Below, piece by piece: positions 17,061 to 31,312 of a stretch of DNA of 64,000 nt (position 1 is the first letter of the stretch; every line of letters starts with the position of its first letter). The DNA lies in NCBI GenBank assembly GCA_951406725.2, contig OX597836.1:49848001-49912000 (forward strand), in the 5' to 3' direction. This stretch comes from Octopus vulgaris. Its lineage: Eukaryota. Below the pieces are notes generated by a model, which did no database searches, was not told the DNA's origin, and was given only the letters and a program-made list of their open reading frames with translations. The position numbers were made by a program, and so were the translations under genes.

Positions 17061-20000
17061 CCAGTGAGAGTGAAGGGGGGGGGGGCAGCGAGGGGTGAAA
17101 GAGAGGAAGGTGAGAGAGAGAGAGAAAATGTGTCTGTGTGTAAATAAAATAAGCCTTCACTGAATATTGGCTACAGAAAATAGTCTAAAATTAGGGCATA
17201 TAAGCCCCCTAGGCTTCTTTCAGTTTTCATCTACCAAATCCACTCACAAGGCTTTGGTCAGCCCAGGGCTATAATAGATGACAATTGCCTAAGCTGCTAT
17301 GCAGTGGGATTGAACCGCAAAACCACATGGTTGGGAAGCCAGCTTCTTAACTCTACTGCTACATGTGTATGAGAATTTGTATGTCTTACAAGTTGTTGTG
17401 ATGTGCATGATCATAATACTTACATCATCATCACCATCACTCTCCTCACCATTACCATCATCATCATTTATGTCCATTTTCTAAGTTGGTATGGGTTAAA
17501 TTGTTTATGATGGCCCCAAGGATTCTTTTAATGAAGCTAATGCCTTCCTAAATAATTTCAAGGGCCATTTCTTCCTTGGATGTCTTTTATCATGGTACCA
17601 GGAGCTGAGAGGTCATTACACCTCATCAACATTAAACATTTCTCTCAACCCTACTTTGTTGCTATTCGATTCATCAAAGTGTCCTAAATGTATCTTATTG
17701 TGACACCAGCAGTAGTGAAGTCATTTTCTAACTCACAAGACTAAAGAGTGTCCACAACACTGAAAGGGAGAAGAGAAGAGAAGGCGATGGCTTAAGCTAA
17801 AGTTGGGTTGAGGTATGAAAAGATGTTGGGAGGAAAAGAGTTATTGTTGTGAGAGGGTGAAAATGGTTGAGGTGAGAGTAATAAACAGGAAAGAGCAGTG
17901 TGAGTGGTTAGTGAGGAAAAGAGAGAGTGATGAGGAGTGTGTGAGACATCCTGGCACAGCTGTTTTGGTGTCACATATTTCCCAAGCTGATTCAACACTA
18001 ATTAGATATCAAGTATTTTAATTTTTGTCTTGCTTCCTCCCACTACCACTTCGCTCTTTCCCTTCCTACCCCTCTCTCTCTCTCTCCCTCTCACTCTCTG
18101 TATATGAATATTTCTGCCTGTGCTGGTGTCTGTGTGTCTGTGTGTATTTGCCAAAGTGGTTGTTGGTTCAGTTAGCTGTGCTAAAACCATCGGCATTGAA
18201 TCAACTGTTCCAAATCTTCTCATTCAATGATGAGTGTGTTCAGTTGAGGGTGAGAAGATCCAGTGCTTATATGAGCAAGGAAGGAGAGTGGTGGTAGAGA
18301 GTGAGAGAGACAGCTAAGATGTATTAGGGAGGCAGAAAGGCCACTGTGAAGAGGCAATTGAATGAAAGAGAGGCAAAGAGGATCAAGGCTGAATGCATTT
18401 AAAGCATCTCAGTTACCTTCATTTCAGCATTTTTATTGTCATACTTGTAAAGAAATGTGTGTCTTCTCCAGCCCTGTATATGGCCCCTTTCATTGTCCTT
18501 TATCATCCCTTTTTTGAGCATCTTCAGAACAGCCTTTGCCATTTCATTCCATATATTTCTAGGCCTTCCTCCAACACAGCTTCCACCCACTTTAAATGCT
18601 CATCATATTTTTTTTTATACAGCTCACTTCATCCATTCAAAACAGCCAAAGCAATCTTCTTTGTTCCACACAACATTTAATGCCTCTTGTAGCCAACCTG
18701 TTTGTACTCCATCACCTGCACACAGCAACATTTCACTCCCAACAAACCACAATTGCTTCATTTCTTTCGAGTTTTCATACAAAGCCTGCTTAACGCTCAC
18801 TAATATGCAGCATTGCACTTCTCAAACATCGTGTAACATGATATTGATGGAGAGTGTATTTCTTACTAACAGAGATACAGTAGCAACTAGAATGTTCTCC
18901 TCTATGTTCTTAGTGTGGTTACAATGCTTTGTAAAACCCCTGTCAGCATCCCTACTAACAAGGTAACCCAGCAAACAAAAGCTGTCAATTACTTCTAAGG
19001 ACCCTTCTCAGTGGTTGTTAGGATCTGTTTCCCATCAGGTCTTTTTTCCACTTAATACCCATGTGCACTGCCCACATATGAGGGCTACCCTTATTGTTAG
19101 CCTGCCCATAATGCCACTACAACTCCTGAATGTCCATTATTTACACTGGATAACCAACAAAAGTTCTAGTCTGTCATCACAAGATCCAGTCGTTGTTGTG
19201 ATGTGCTGGCTTGCATGCCTCAATAATCCTTATCTAATGTTCCCACCAATTCAATAAAACATACTTTAAAATTCCAATTAGCAAACTTACTTAATTTGAA
19301 TAGGGTTAATGATAGCATTCTTATTCATTGTGTTACTCTAGCTTTATCACAAGTGTGATAAAATGTCTTTTAGATGTTAATACTTCCTGCATAAATTATT
19401 TCCTCTGTAACTAATCTTCCACATTAATCTTCTCCATGTTGCCATTTCCTTTCAACCAAACCTCCACATTTTTTCATCACTCACTATATTCACCTCCACC
19501 CCCATCTTTAACACTCTTATGAAAATACTCAACCTCTCGTCCCCTCCCACCAGCCACTGTCCATATCATTTCTTATGTTCACTTTCTTGTACCTTGAGAG
19601 TTTCTTCTGACTCTCCATCACCATCTTCCTTTTATCTCCTCAGCAATAGATTTCCTCTCGACAGCAGGACACCTGAGTTCCTCCCTCCATCATATTTTAG
19701 CATTCAGCACCTGACATAAAGCCACCCACCTCCACTTTCCCCTCTCACAAATACTCCCCAATTAGTAGGGGCTACTTTTTCATTTGTCCCTCTTCTTTTC
19801 CTGTCTTGCAAGTTAGCTCTGTAAAACAGTGGGTACCAGAATGGGTATCTAGAATGGGTATCTAGAATGGGTATCTAGCTATAGAAATTATAGCAGATCT
19901 GATACTTGAGCTCAATGTAGCCTTGCAGTTTGTCAGATCCTGTCAAACAGTTCAACCCATGCCAGCATGGAAAGCAGATGTTAAATAATAATAATAATAA

Positions 20001-20199
20001 TGAGGATGATGATGAGGGGGAGGAGGAAGAGCTAATAATATCCAATCACACTCTTGTAGCAATCGATTTATTCTCTACCTTCAGTCTAATTCCATGTTCT
20101 TATCTTTTGAAGACTTTCTCTTGAATTTCTCTTATATTTCTCTTCCTCCAACTAATGCCACTTCTAAAGATATTGTGATAAGTTATCACTTTTTTGAAC

Positions 20200-20247
<48 letters not shown>

Positions 20248-20541
20248 GTATATATTGTTTTTTTCTTTGACCCTCTGCAAATCCCAAATTTTATTTTGGT
20301 TTGTGGGAGCAACTGCCTTCAAAGTCTTATCTTGTCGTTCTTTGCTCGAAATAAGGAGTAGAAGGACAGCTGACAACTGATGAAGGGTTGTTTTTTTTTA
20401 ATGTTACTTGCCTTGTTTTCCATTTATTTCGCTCGTTATTTTCGTATTTCATGTTGTTTACATTTTGTGACATCCTGCACCCATATATGCATACCTATAT
20501 ACATATATATCTATGTATGTACATATGTGTGTGTATATATG

Positions 20542-21560
20542 CATAGAAGTAGTTGATAGTTTCCGCTACCTAGTTAGTAGAGGGGGTGGATGCTCAGGGG
20601 GTGGATGCTCAGAGAGTGTTACCACTAGAATAAGAATAGCCTGGGCAAAGTTTAGAAAGCTTCTTCCCCTACTGGTGATAAAGGGTCTCGCTCAGAGTGA
20701 AAGGTAGATTGTACGACGCATGTGTGCGAACTGCCATGCTTCACAGCAGTGAAACATGGGCTGTGACTGCTGAGGACATGCATAGGCTAAGAAATGAAGC
20801 TAGCACGATCTGCTGGATGTGAAATGTCAGTATCCATGCACAACATAGTGTAAGCACCCTGAGAGAAATGTTGGACATAAGAAGCATCAGATGTGGCATG
20901 CAGGAGAGATGTTTGCGTTGGTATGGTCATGTACTGCGGATGGATGAGGAGAGATGTGTGAAGAAATGCCACTCCCAAACTGTTGAAGGAATCCAGGGTA
21001 GAAGTAGACCCAGGAAGACATGGGATGAGGTGGTCAAACATGACCTTCGAAAGACTGAGATCTCTGGAGATATGCTGTGACTGCAAAGACCCGACAAATA
21101 ATGTGAGTTCATGGCTGCTCCTGCACCAGTTTCGCATAGCAGCCCCAGCCCATCCAAAGTACCTTGGATTGCAGAACGACCTGCTGTGCTTACCTTGGAT
21201 CATAGGGTGACCTGCTGTGCTTGAGGAGACCTATTGAGTCAAGTACATCAACATCAAAATAAATAAATATCAAATGGAAATTGTAGCTGTGATACCTGTG
21301 CCGGTGGCACGTAAAAAGCACCAACCAATCATGACCATTTGCCAGCCCCCTCTGGCCCCTGTGCTGGTAGCACGTAAAAAGCACCCACTACACTCACGGA
21401 GTGGTTGGCATTAGGAAAGGCATCAAGCTGTAGAAAACACTGCCAGATCAGACTGGAGCCTGGTGCAGCCTCCTGGCTTCCCAGATCCCCGGTCAAACCA
21501 TCCAACCTATGCTAGCACGGAAAACAGACGTTAAACAATGTTGATGATGATGATGATGAT
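20542..21560 (+). mobile_element. RTE LINE (family A) 3' fragment
   Basis: [39 protein letters not shown], then a 3' UTR and (GAT)n tail. Confidence 0.88.
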
Positions 21561-21959
21561 ATGAACATACAACAAGTGTAACAGTTTCTTGTGTGTGCGT
21601 GTGTGTGTGGTCTTGGTTGGTTATAAATGAAGAACTCAGAGCACACATTGTCTTCATAACTCCTCTAAATTGGGCATTTCTCAATAGTATGACAACTTGC
21701 TGTTAAATTAATTACACTGATCTTCTAAGTTCCTGCCTCTCGTTATATTCATTAGGCTAAATTCAGCTATATGCACTGGTAGTGGAACTAGTCTGAAGAG
21801 ATGATTGATGGAACTGCCATTCAACATTGTATAGATTTACATAATTTTTTAATTGTATGATCCAGCATTGTTAATTAATATAAAAAATCCACTAATTATC
21901 CAAATGACTGTAACCAAATAACAAATGCAATAATTTTGTCATTCCTTAGTATATGTACT

Positions 21960-22013
<54 letters not shown>

Positions 22014-22109
22014 TGTCTGTGCATGAAGATGAGTTGCTTCTAATTTATATTTGAATATATAAATACATACATACATACATACTTACATACATATGTATGT
22101 GTGTGTATG

Positions 22110-22156
<47 letters not shown>

Positions 22157-22170
22157 ATATATATATATAT

Positions 22171-23148
22171 GGTGTCCAGAGATTCAGGCAACCGATGTTT
22201 CAGGCTCTCATAACTATCAATAAATGTGATAAGATATAAAAATTATGCATCATCATAAAAGCTTAGTGTGTCTTCTTTTTGTCTCAGACTAAATAAATTC
22301 AGATTTATAAATTAGATGATGGCTATAGACGGAAATACAAGCATAACCCCCCCACAAAGGAGGTGAAGGTAATACAGCTATAGCAAAAAAGCTTAACATT
22401 AACCAAACAAAAGCCTGGGAAATTGTCAAGAAATTTCAAGAGGCTGGTTCCACAGCTGATTGGCCTGGATGTGGCTGAAAAAGAAGTGTGTAGATCCTTC
22501 AGCCTATCAAAAGTACCAGAAAAAAGATACGGTGAAATTCTTGTCATTCCACAGCAAAAAGAGCTGAACATTAAAAGTACTGAGTACTGAAGGAGGATCT
22601 CAGAACCCAGCCCCCAAAAAGATGATCTGCTGTTATGAGCTCACGTAAGTTTATAAGGCCATGAGACTGGAGAGAAGCTGTCTTATTCTGCATCAGATTG
22701 CTGAAGACACACTGCCAAACCTGGGTGTTCATGGATGAAGAGAAATTTGACATTGAACAGACAGTAAACCACCAGAATGACTGACTTCAGAGTGTGTCTG
22801 GCTCCATTGAGGGTAGACTCATAAATCAACATCAAAATCCACAGTCAGTTATGGTTTGGGCAGCTGTGAAGATACTGGAAGGTCTCCCCTTCTTTTTTGT
22901 GACCTCGGGTGTTAAAATTAAGACCCAGTAATAAATTAGTGACATTCTGGAAGCTGAACGGCTTCCATGGGTGAATGAGAACTTTCAAGGTGTACCTTGG
23001 AGCCTCCAACAGGACTCAACATCATCCATCATCCAACATTCCATCATTCATAGGCAAGGATGTATAACCCTGAAGAAACCTTGATCTCAACTCGTTGGAT
23101 TTTTCTGTTTGATCCATTTTGGAGACAACGATCTCGAACACTCCTCAT
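22171..23148 (+). mobile_element. Decayed Tc1/mariner transposon (DD37D/maT-like)
   Basis: Starts after (TA)n. Translated remnants WVFMDEEKFDIEQTVNHQND, QSVMVWAAV, WSLQQDS and LDLNSLDFSV*SILE match the maT-type DEK.F...N.QND, QQD and SPDLNPLD motifs. Confidence 0.78.
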
Positions 23149-23284
23149 ATTTTGCTCAATGTTTTGCTTGTATAGTATAGGCTCTGTTTTCTTGAAAAAG
23201 ATTGGTCTTCTTATCAATGGCAATATTCGACTGTATTTCATGTTATTTAAATGTTTTCAATTAGAATCAGCCCCTCCATTTGGT

Positions 23285-24060
23285 TGAACTGGTTCTCTCC
23301 TTGAATTACTTCTTATTTGCAGGAGAGTTTATACCATCAGGTCTCGGGAGTGACTATGGCAATAAGAGTGGGTCCCAACTACATAAACTTGTTTATTGGT
23401 TACGTTAAAGCCCAAATATTCTCTCCGTTTACTGGTCTCACTTCTGAGCCATGTGATCATTTGACTTACAACTGTATTGGTGCCACCTCACTCTCCTCTC
23501 ACCAACAACTTGTCTCCTTCCTCTCATCCATCCAGTCCTATCATTCTACCCTTAAATTCTCCTGCTCTGTCTCCAACTATCTAGATATTTCTGTTTCCAA
23601 CCACCACTCCTCTCTTGCCACCCTCATCCATCATAAGACCCACCTCAAATTCTCTTCCTCCCACTCTACCCACACCAAACCTTTCATCTCTTACTTTCAC
23701 TTCCTCCACCTCTGCTGGCTCTGACTTTGGGACTCAGTCCCAACTTCACCCAAAGCGGTTGCCCACCACTGTTGTCCTTACTGCTTTTGCTCATGCCTGG
23801 TCTGTTGATTGTGCATTGAGTCTCCCTCTCCCCACACCCACCCCACCTTTACTTGCCTCCATTTACCCCATACCTACCATTCCTCCCACCCCACCCTTCC
23901 AACACACCCTTTTACGTGCTCTCTGCCCACTTATTTGACCCCTCCACCATCCACATCTTCCCCCAACCCACCATTCCCCTCCTTCAAACACACCCACAAC
24001 CTACGTGACCAACCTGGTCCATAGCAGCTCCTCCCCCATTCCTGGCACTCAGCCTCCCTC
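23285..24060 (+). mobile_element. Penelope-like element RT fragment
   Basis: YHQVSGVTMAIRVGPNYINLFIGYVK resembles the PLE motif YxQxxGxAMG..PxYANLFM. It is followed by YLDISVS and LKFSSSHSTHTKPFISY (PLE thumb region). Confidence 0.78.
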
Positions 24061-25422
24061 CTTCCCTTGTTCTCATCCAGGCTCCTACTCCTGACTCTTC
24101 TTCACCAGTAACCACAATCAATTCTTACCCCTTTGCCAACTCATTCACCTCTATCCTCTGCTCGCTTTGGTCACTCATTCGAAAATCATCCCTCCACCCA
24201 GTCCCATGCTATTTCTGCTGGAATGGTCACTCTTTGCAATGTCTCTGTTTTGACAGGCCTGACACAGAGGCCACCCAGACTCCCTCCTTTGTTCTAGAGC
24301 AGGAGTTGATTTTTTTTTGTACACATCAGCCCCCCCCCCCAGTCTACATTCTCCACCTCCCTTCATTTAAACGCCACCTCCACACATACCTACACTTACT
24401 ACATACCTCCCACTTTCTTAATGCCCCATCCACAACACACCTACTCTACACCATTCAATGCATTGGCCAACACCAGGCACACGATGTCCAAACAGCAAAT
24501 ACATCCCACCTGCATCCCACCCTCCTTCTCCCTACTCCACACACACTTTCATCCCACTCTTCCCAACACCTACCACTCTATTCCATGTAACACCTCCATC
24601 CATTATGACACAATTCACATCTTCCTACAACACACACCAACATCAGATGGCCTCAAACACAGAATATACATATACACACATTAGCTTCATACGAATGTAC
24701 TTACTTAGTTTGATAGCCTCATACACACACACACACACACACACATACATAAACAACGTAAAATATACACATACACATTGCTTCATACATACATATACTT
24801 AATCCCTGTCCACACAATATGTAGATAAAGTTAAAATCCCAGCTGTGTCCTCTTCAAAATATTTCTAACAGGAGAGATCTTACATGTTTCTTCCTACATG
24901 TACAATTTTGTAACTCCTTTTAGCAAATGGAACACATATAATGGTAAATAAATAATGCCAACCAGTTTCCAATCTCCTGTTTTGATATATATATGTATGT
25001 ATATGTATATATATATATATATAAGACAGGCTTCTTTCAGTTTCCATCTAGCAAATTCATTCACAAAGTTTTGGTCAGTTCAGGGTTATGCTAGAAGGAA
25101 CATACCCAAGGTGCCATGCAGTGTGATTGAAACCCTAATGATGTGCGTGGAAAGCAAACTTCTTACTACACAGCTACATCTGCACTTAATCTAACACACA
25201 CACACACACACACATATCATCATCATCAGCAGCATCCAACATCCATTATCTATGAGTTGGACAGTTTGACCAGAGCCAGCAAGCTAGAGAGCTCCAGTCG
25301 GATTTGGCAGGGTTCCTTTAGCTTGATGCCCTTCTTAACGCCAACCACTTTACAGGGTGATTTTACATAGCACTGCATTGGGGGATTTTACTTCTCTCTC
25401 AATACACTGGCACTCATCCAGC

Positions 25423-27222
25423 AGAGCATACTAGCCTCATTCCTTTCTAATCTTGGCATGTCCTCTGCAATCAGGGCCCACATCAAACTACCATGCATCA
25501 TACAATCTCCCTTTTGCCTGGAGAGAGAAAGCTTTCATAGCCAACAGGGCAGCTCTCTGAATTTCCTCCATCCTAACACACACACACACACACACACACA
25601 GATGGTGTGTGTAAATTAGAAATAGCTTTTCTTCCAAACCTGTTTTCGTCAAATTTGATCTTTCACATTAAGGGTTTTCCATATTTGATATTATTGGTCC
25701 TTATTTGGAACGTTGATATTCATAAATCCAGGAGACTAATGTTTCAAGACTTTTACAATCTGATCATTCAAATTAATCTTTTTTAATGCCGTGTAAGCTA
25801 CACAGTCAGCAGAATGCTGGAAAGAGCTTCGAAGACAATTAAATCCTCAACATGGCATCTAAATTATAGAATGGTAATTACAACACCAGGCTAATGAATC
25901 TGGAAAGCCTATCATATCTATAATCCATTAAAAGTCAGTTTCAGTCTTGCTTGCAATGCAAACTGGCGCATAATGGGAAAATACTATGAATTAAGATTAA
26001 CCTGAAATGTTAATAGGAACGAAATGAAATAAGTTTCACGTAAATTGGAGCAGCAGTTATTGAGATATTTGGTGTTTGGGGGTATAAATGCCCAAAATGG
26101 TACATAATGGGAAAATGTTCTGAATTTAACTTCGTCCTTGAAGGGAAGAATCTCTAACCTTTCAATTAGACGGATTTGACAACGAAAAAATACAATGTTT
26201 TTTTTGTTTTTTGTTTTTTACAGTGAATATATATATATATATATATACGTACAAACTTCGACAGAGTAACAGTCATATATATAACATGGACAGACACACA
26301 TATCAGTACAATAAACATAACGTTTAGAGCATACTACATCATTCCTTTCTAATCTTGGCATGTCCTCTGCAATCAGGGCCCACATCAAACTACCATGCAT
26401 CATACAATCTCCCTTTTGCCTGGAGAGAGAAAGCTTTCATAGCCAACAGGGCAGCTCTCTGAATTTCCTCCATCCTAACACACACACACACACACACAGA
26501 TGGTGTGTGTAAATTAGAAATAGCTTTTCTTCCAAACCTGTTTTCGTCAAATTTGATCTTTCACATTAAGGGTTTTCCATATTTGATATTATTGGTCCTT
26601 ATTTGGAACGTTGATATTCATAAATCCAGGAGACTAATGTTTCAAGACTTTTACAATCTGATCATTCAAATTAATCTTTTTTAATGCCGTGTAAGCTACA
26701 CAGTCAGCAGAATGCTGGAAAGAGCTTCGAAGACAATTAAATCCTCAACATGGCATCTAAATTATAGAATGGTAATTACAACACCAGGCTAATGAATCTG
26801 GAAAGCCTATCATATCTATAATCCATTAAAAGTCAGTTTCAGTCTTGCTTGCAATGCAAACTGGCGCATAATGGGAAAATACTATGAATTAAGATTAACC
26901 TGAAATGTTAATAGGAACGAAATGAAATAAGTTTCACATAAATTGGAGCAGCAGTTATTGAGATATTTGGTGTTTGGGGGTATAAATGCCCAAAATGGTA
27001 CATAATGGGAAAATGTTCTGAATTTAACTTCGTCCTTGAAGGGAAGAATCTCTAACCTTTCAATTAGACGGATTTGACAACGAAAAAATACAATGTTTTT
27101 TTTGTTTTTTGTTTTTTACAGTGAATATATATATATATATATATACGTACAAACTTCGACAGAGTAACAGTCATATATATAACATGGACAGACACACATA
27201 TCAGTACAATAAACATACGTTT
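25423..27222. repeat. ~900-bp direct tandem duplication
   Basis: Copy 1 (25423-26325) and copy 2 (26326-27222) differ only in (CA)n length, one G/A change and small junction indels. Confidence 0.93.
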
Positions 27223-27419
27223 ACATATACATATACACACACGCAGACACGTCTACACACTTACATATGTAAATGCTCATATACATACATGTGTATACAC
27301 ATATATACATGCATACGCATATACACATCTGCATACATACATGCATACAAACACATACATACATACATAAACATATATATATCCTTTCTATTCAAGGCAC
27401 AAGGCCAAAAAGAGGCGAT

Positions 27420-27580
27420 TAGATAGACCCAGTACGCAACTGGTAATTAATTTATCGACCCCAAAAGGATGAAAGGCAAAGTCGACCTCGGTGGAGTTTT
27501 AACTCAGAACGTAGCGGCAGACAAAATACCGCTAAGCATTTTGCCCAACGTCCTAACGATTCTGCCAGCTCGCCGCCTTA
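27420..27580 (-). mobile_element. tRNA-derived SINE (core GTCGACTTTGCCTTTCATCCTTTCGGGGTCGATAAA, MetaSINE-like)
   Basis: Further copies at about 49765-49950, 54440-54610, 55310-55385, 56535-57060, 58570-58870 and 60350-60480. The superfamily label is recalled from the core motif. Confidence 0.72.
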
Positions 27581-27676
27581 TAATCATGTCATGAACTTCA
27601 TAATCTCGATGTAAAATAGTTTTTTTTCTTATGATATTTTCGAGTGCATTCAACATTATCTCACTTCCAAAGATTT

Positions 27677-27779
27677 GGCTGCTATTTCTAGCACGCCCTG
27701 CCACTATGTAACAGCTATTCACGATAAAGGATCCAATATACCTGTTATGCGGTGGCAGGGCATGCAAGAAATAGCAGCC
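27677..27779. mobile_element. ~100-bp hairpin MITE
   Basis: Arms ggctgctatttctagcacgccctgccac and gtggcagggcatgcaagaaatagcagcc. There is an oppositely oriented copy at 59727-59837 and a partial one at about 45943-45962. Confidence 0.75.
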
Positions 27780-27819
27780 CTGATTGCAGAGGACATGCAA
27801 AGAGGCAGTTGGTGTCCAA

Positions 27820-30270
27820 GATCATCACCTCCCTGGCCATTACAATTTTCCTGTGACTTCATTTGATTCACGTATCCTGCTTTTGACAACAGAACACGAT
27901 CACATATAATCCATATCCAAAGTTCACTGTTCATTCCAGTTCCAATTGTGCCTTTGCGACAGACTCTTTTAAGTTCAGACTGCTGAATCATCTTTTCCTC
28001 CCAGGAATTGCAACCAGTCCTAACAGCACCTCTTCACTTGTTCCAATCCAGAACATCAGTTTCCCAATCACTTTTGTTCATATCTAGTTTCTTCAGGTTT
28101 TCCTTCACACAGTCTTTATACCTTTTCCCGGTTTATGTTGTGACTGCTTACCAGAGTTGAGCTCACCATAAAAAAGATGCTTTGGCAATCACTCGTCTTT
28201 CATTCTAATAACATGTCCAGTCCATCTCATTTGAGCCAAGAAAACATGTTGTTCAATTGAGTTACAGCATGCCATGTACAAAAACTTGTATATCTGGTAT
28301 GATATCCATGTTCACTACAGAAAAGATCTGCAAAGTGTTCTCTGCATCTATTCATTATTCAAGGAGGATCTTTGATAACCTCATTTCCATCTTTTGACTT
28401 CAAGGGAACATATGAGGAAGACTGGGGTCCAAAAGCTTGTCGCAATAAACTATAAAACTCTTTAATGTCTTTCTTGTCATAGGCCGCCGGTATTTCCTCA
28501 GACAAATTTCTCCAACAAATGTCTTTGAGCCTCCCAAATTCTTTTTGCAAGCCTGCATTCTGAGGCTGGTACAACATTTCTAGTTGCACATTGTTCTTTA
28601 CGTTTGGGTCAAGAAGCTTTTCCTGAGTGGATCTCTTTGCTGCTAAAAGCTCATTTATTACCATATCATTGGAATCAAACCAGTCTCGGTCTGTCTCCTC
28701 TTAAAACCTAAAACCTCTGATCCCATTTTATATCTTCCATCCCAAAAAGATTCCCATGGACCATCAAAATGAACATTGTTGCATCTCTCCTGAAACAACT
28801 GAAAAACTTGTGGTGTTTTCGCTGCTCCACATCAATTCTCTTTGGGACTTGTATACCTGCATTATGAATATTCAGGGCTAATGCAGTTTCACACCTCCCC
28901 TTGAAAAATGCATTTTTTTAAAAAGTTTTTTTTTTTTTGATTCCCACGTTTTAGATGTCGGAGATTACAAACATGCAAACAAAATTCCCCTCCCACCCAA
29001 CAACCACCACCACTCTCCCCTCCCATTTAAAATTTTGAACTTTTTAGAAATTTTTTTCCCTATGTTTTAGATGTCGGAGATTCCGGATGTGCAAGAAACC
29101 ATGTTTTGAAACATTTAAATTCAATAAGTATATAGATAGATATGAATGTCTTTCTGGGGCTAAAAACAACAGTAACACTATCTTCTATAGGACCACCACA
29201 TTTAGTTGACAAATATATTTTATGAATAAACGGATAGGGATAAATAGATAGGAAAATAAATGGATGAAAAAGTTCAAAGTTTAAAATTGGGGGAGGGGGT
29301 GAAATTTAAGCCCCTTATTAAACTTTATACCATTATTTATTAAATATTAATGTTTGTTTCTCATAAAATGGCTCACATGGGGATGTGGTGTATATTTAAT
29401 TTACATTATATAATTATTTACGATTAATTTAAGGAAAACACAAATTCTTTTCACTTTAATGTTTTTGCCTGGATTTAATTTCAATTTGTATATACTCATC
29501 AGTTCGTTATAATCTTTTTAATGTAAACAAAATCAAAAATTTTAATGAAGGGAGCGGGAGATGAAATCAAAGAAATATTTTTTTTTTTTGCATATTCATA
29601 ACCTCTGACATTGGAATCCGAAAAAGTTTTTTAAAAAAATGCATTTTTCAAGGAGAGGTGTGAAACTGCCCCGAATCTTCTTGTGGACTCTGAACTTGAA
29701 ATTAGCCCAAAATATTCTGTGATCAGAATATTCTGCAATATCCTGAGACTGCACAAATCTTGTAAGTCAGCTTTCCGAGTTAATACAAAGTCAATGATGT
29801 GACTTGGCTTTGATTTTGGGTGAATCCAGCTTATGAGGAAAGAAAGGATTCTGAATGACCAAACCTAGCTAAGAGCACCTTTGTAAGAGATGCAATCCAT
29901 TGTCGTCCACCTTTCCTATTCCATAACACCCAAGAAGGTTCCAAGCACCATAGTATGCACCAACACACACACATTAAAGTCACCAAGCACAACCAACTTC
30001 TCATTCAAAGGGACGGACAGAAAACTTCTTCTAAGCTCCTCATAAAATGCATGGATGTTTCCCTCGCTAGCTGGAAGTGTAGGAGCATAAATAGAGAAAG
30101 CAGTTACAAAACGTCCATAAAAAAGGGGGACCCGGAGTTTCATCATGCATTTGTTATGCTTTATGGTTGTTCTAGGTCCTTTAGCTTATCACTTCTGATT
30201 GCAAACCCAACACAACCTTCCCTTTTTTCTCACTTTGGCTTCTCAACCCAGAATAATGTGAAACCTGCTG
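27820..30270 (-). mobile_element. Internally deleted RTE LINE (family B, BovB-like), split by a MITE
   Basis: Endonuclease (SIYAPTL, KLVVLGDFN), linker (KEFYSLLRQAFGP) and C-terminus (MRWTGHVIRM, CDRVLLSKAGYVNQMKS). Confidence 0.83.
28874..29672. mobile_element. Non-autonomous DNA transposon (MITE) with 8-bp TSD
   Basis: TIRs gcagtttcacacct(c/t)cccttgaaaaatgcattttt, TSD gaatattc (28866-28873) and gaatcttc (29673-29680). Removing it restores the RTE frame HKKIHNAGIQVPKR. Confidence 0.85.
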
Positions 30271-30574
30271 CTGTGTGTGTATGCACGTGCACACACACAC
30301 ACACACACACTCACATACACACACACACAAAATCACTATATACCTTTGTAGACATAAAAAAGATATAAAATTTAAAATTTTTACAATTTAAAAATTAAAA
30401 TAAATAAATAAATGCATAAATAAATTTTAAAGTAGAAATAGAAATGAATATATATATATATATATATATACATAAAAGAAAAAGATATATCAACATATAT
30501 ATATATATATATATATAATTGTTATATATATATATATATATACATATGTATACATAATGTTGGATGCCCATTAT

Positions 30575-31312
30575 CATCATCATCATTTAGCATCTGTTGA
30601 CCATGCTGTCATGGGTTGGACGGTTTGACCAGGGCTGGTAAGTTGGAAGGCTGCACCAGACCCCAATCTGATTTGGCATTGTTTCTATGGCTGGATGCCC
30701 TTCCTAATGCCAACCATTCTGTGAGTGTAACAGGTGCTTTTACATGCCACCAGCACAGGTACCATTTGCGTGACACCAGTATCTGCCTTGACTGCGGTTT
30801 TACTTGGCTTGATGGGTCTTCTTCTCAAGCATGCCATAATGCCAAAGGTCTTGGTCATTGCCTCTTTGAGGCCTGACACTTGCAAGGAGTTCAGCCAATT
30901 TGCTCTGTGAGGCCCAACACTCAAAAGGTGCTTTTTATGTACCACCAGCACAAATGCCAGTGATGTGACACCGGCATCAGCCTTGACTATGATTCCACTT
31001 AGCTTGACACATGTCAAGCACAGCATATTGCCAAAGGTCTTGGTCACTGGCCTTTGTCTCTGTGAGGCCCAAAGTTTGAAGATCATGCTTCACCACTGCC
31101 TCCCATGTCTTCATGGGTCTACCTCTGCAGCAGGTTCTTTAAGTAGTTAGAGATCGGCACTTCTTTCACACAGCGGTCCCCATTCATCCACATCACATGA
31201 CCATACCAGTGCAGTCATCTCTCTTGCACACCACATCCGATGCCTCTTATGACCAACTTTTCTCTCAAGATACTTACACTCTGTCGAACAGGCACATTGA
31301 TGTTGAATATCC
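30575..31312 (-). mobile_element. RTE LINE (family A lineage) 3' fragment
   Basis: The minus strand reads SVSILREKLVIRGIGCGVQER, then a 3' UTR and (GAT)n tail at about 30575. Confidence 0.8.

Noticed and set aside
19838-19878. 13-bp unit repeated 3 times (agaatgggtatct)
   Set aside because: Ordinary local slippage inside a decayed repeat.
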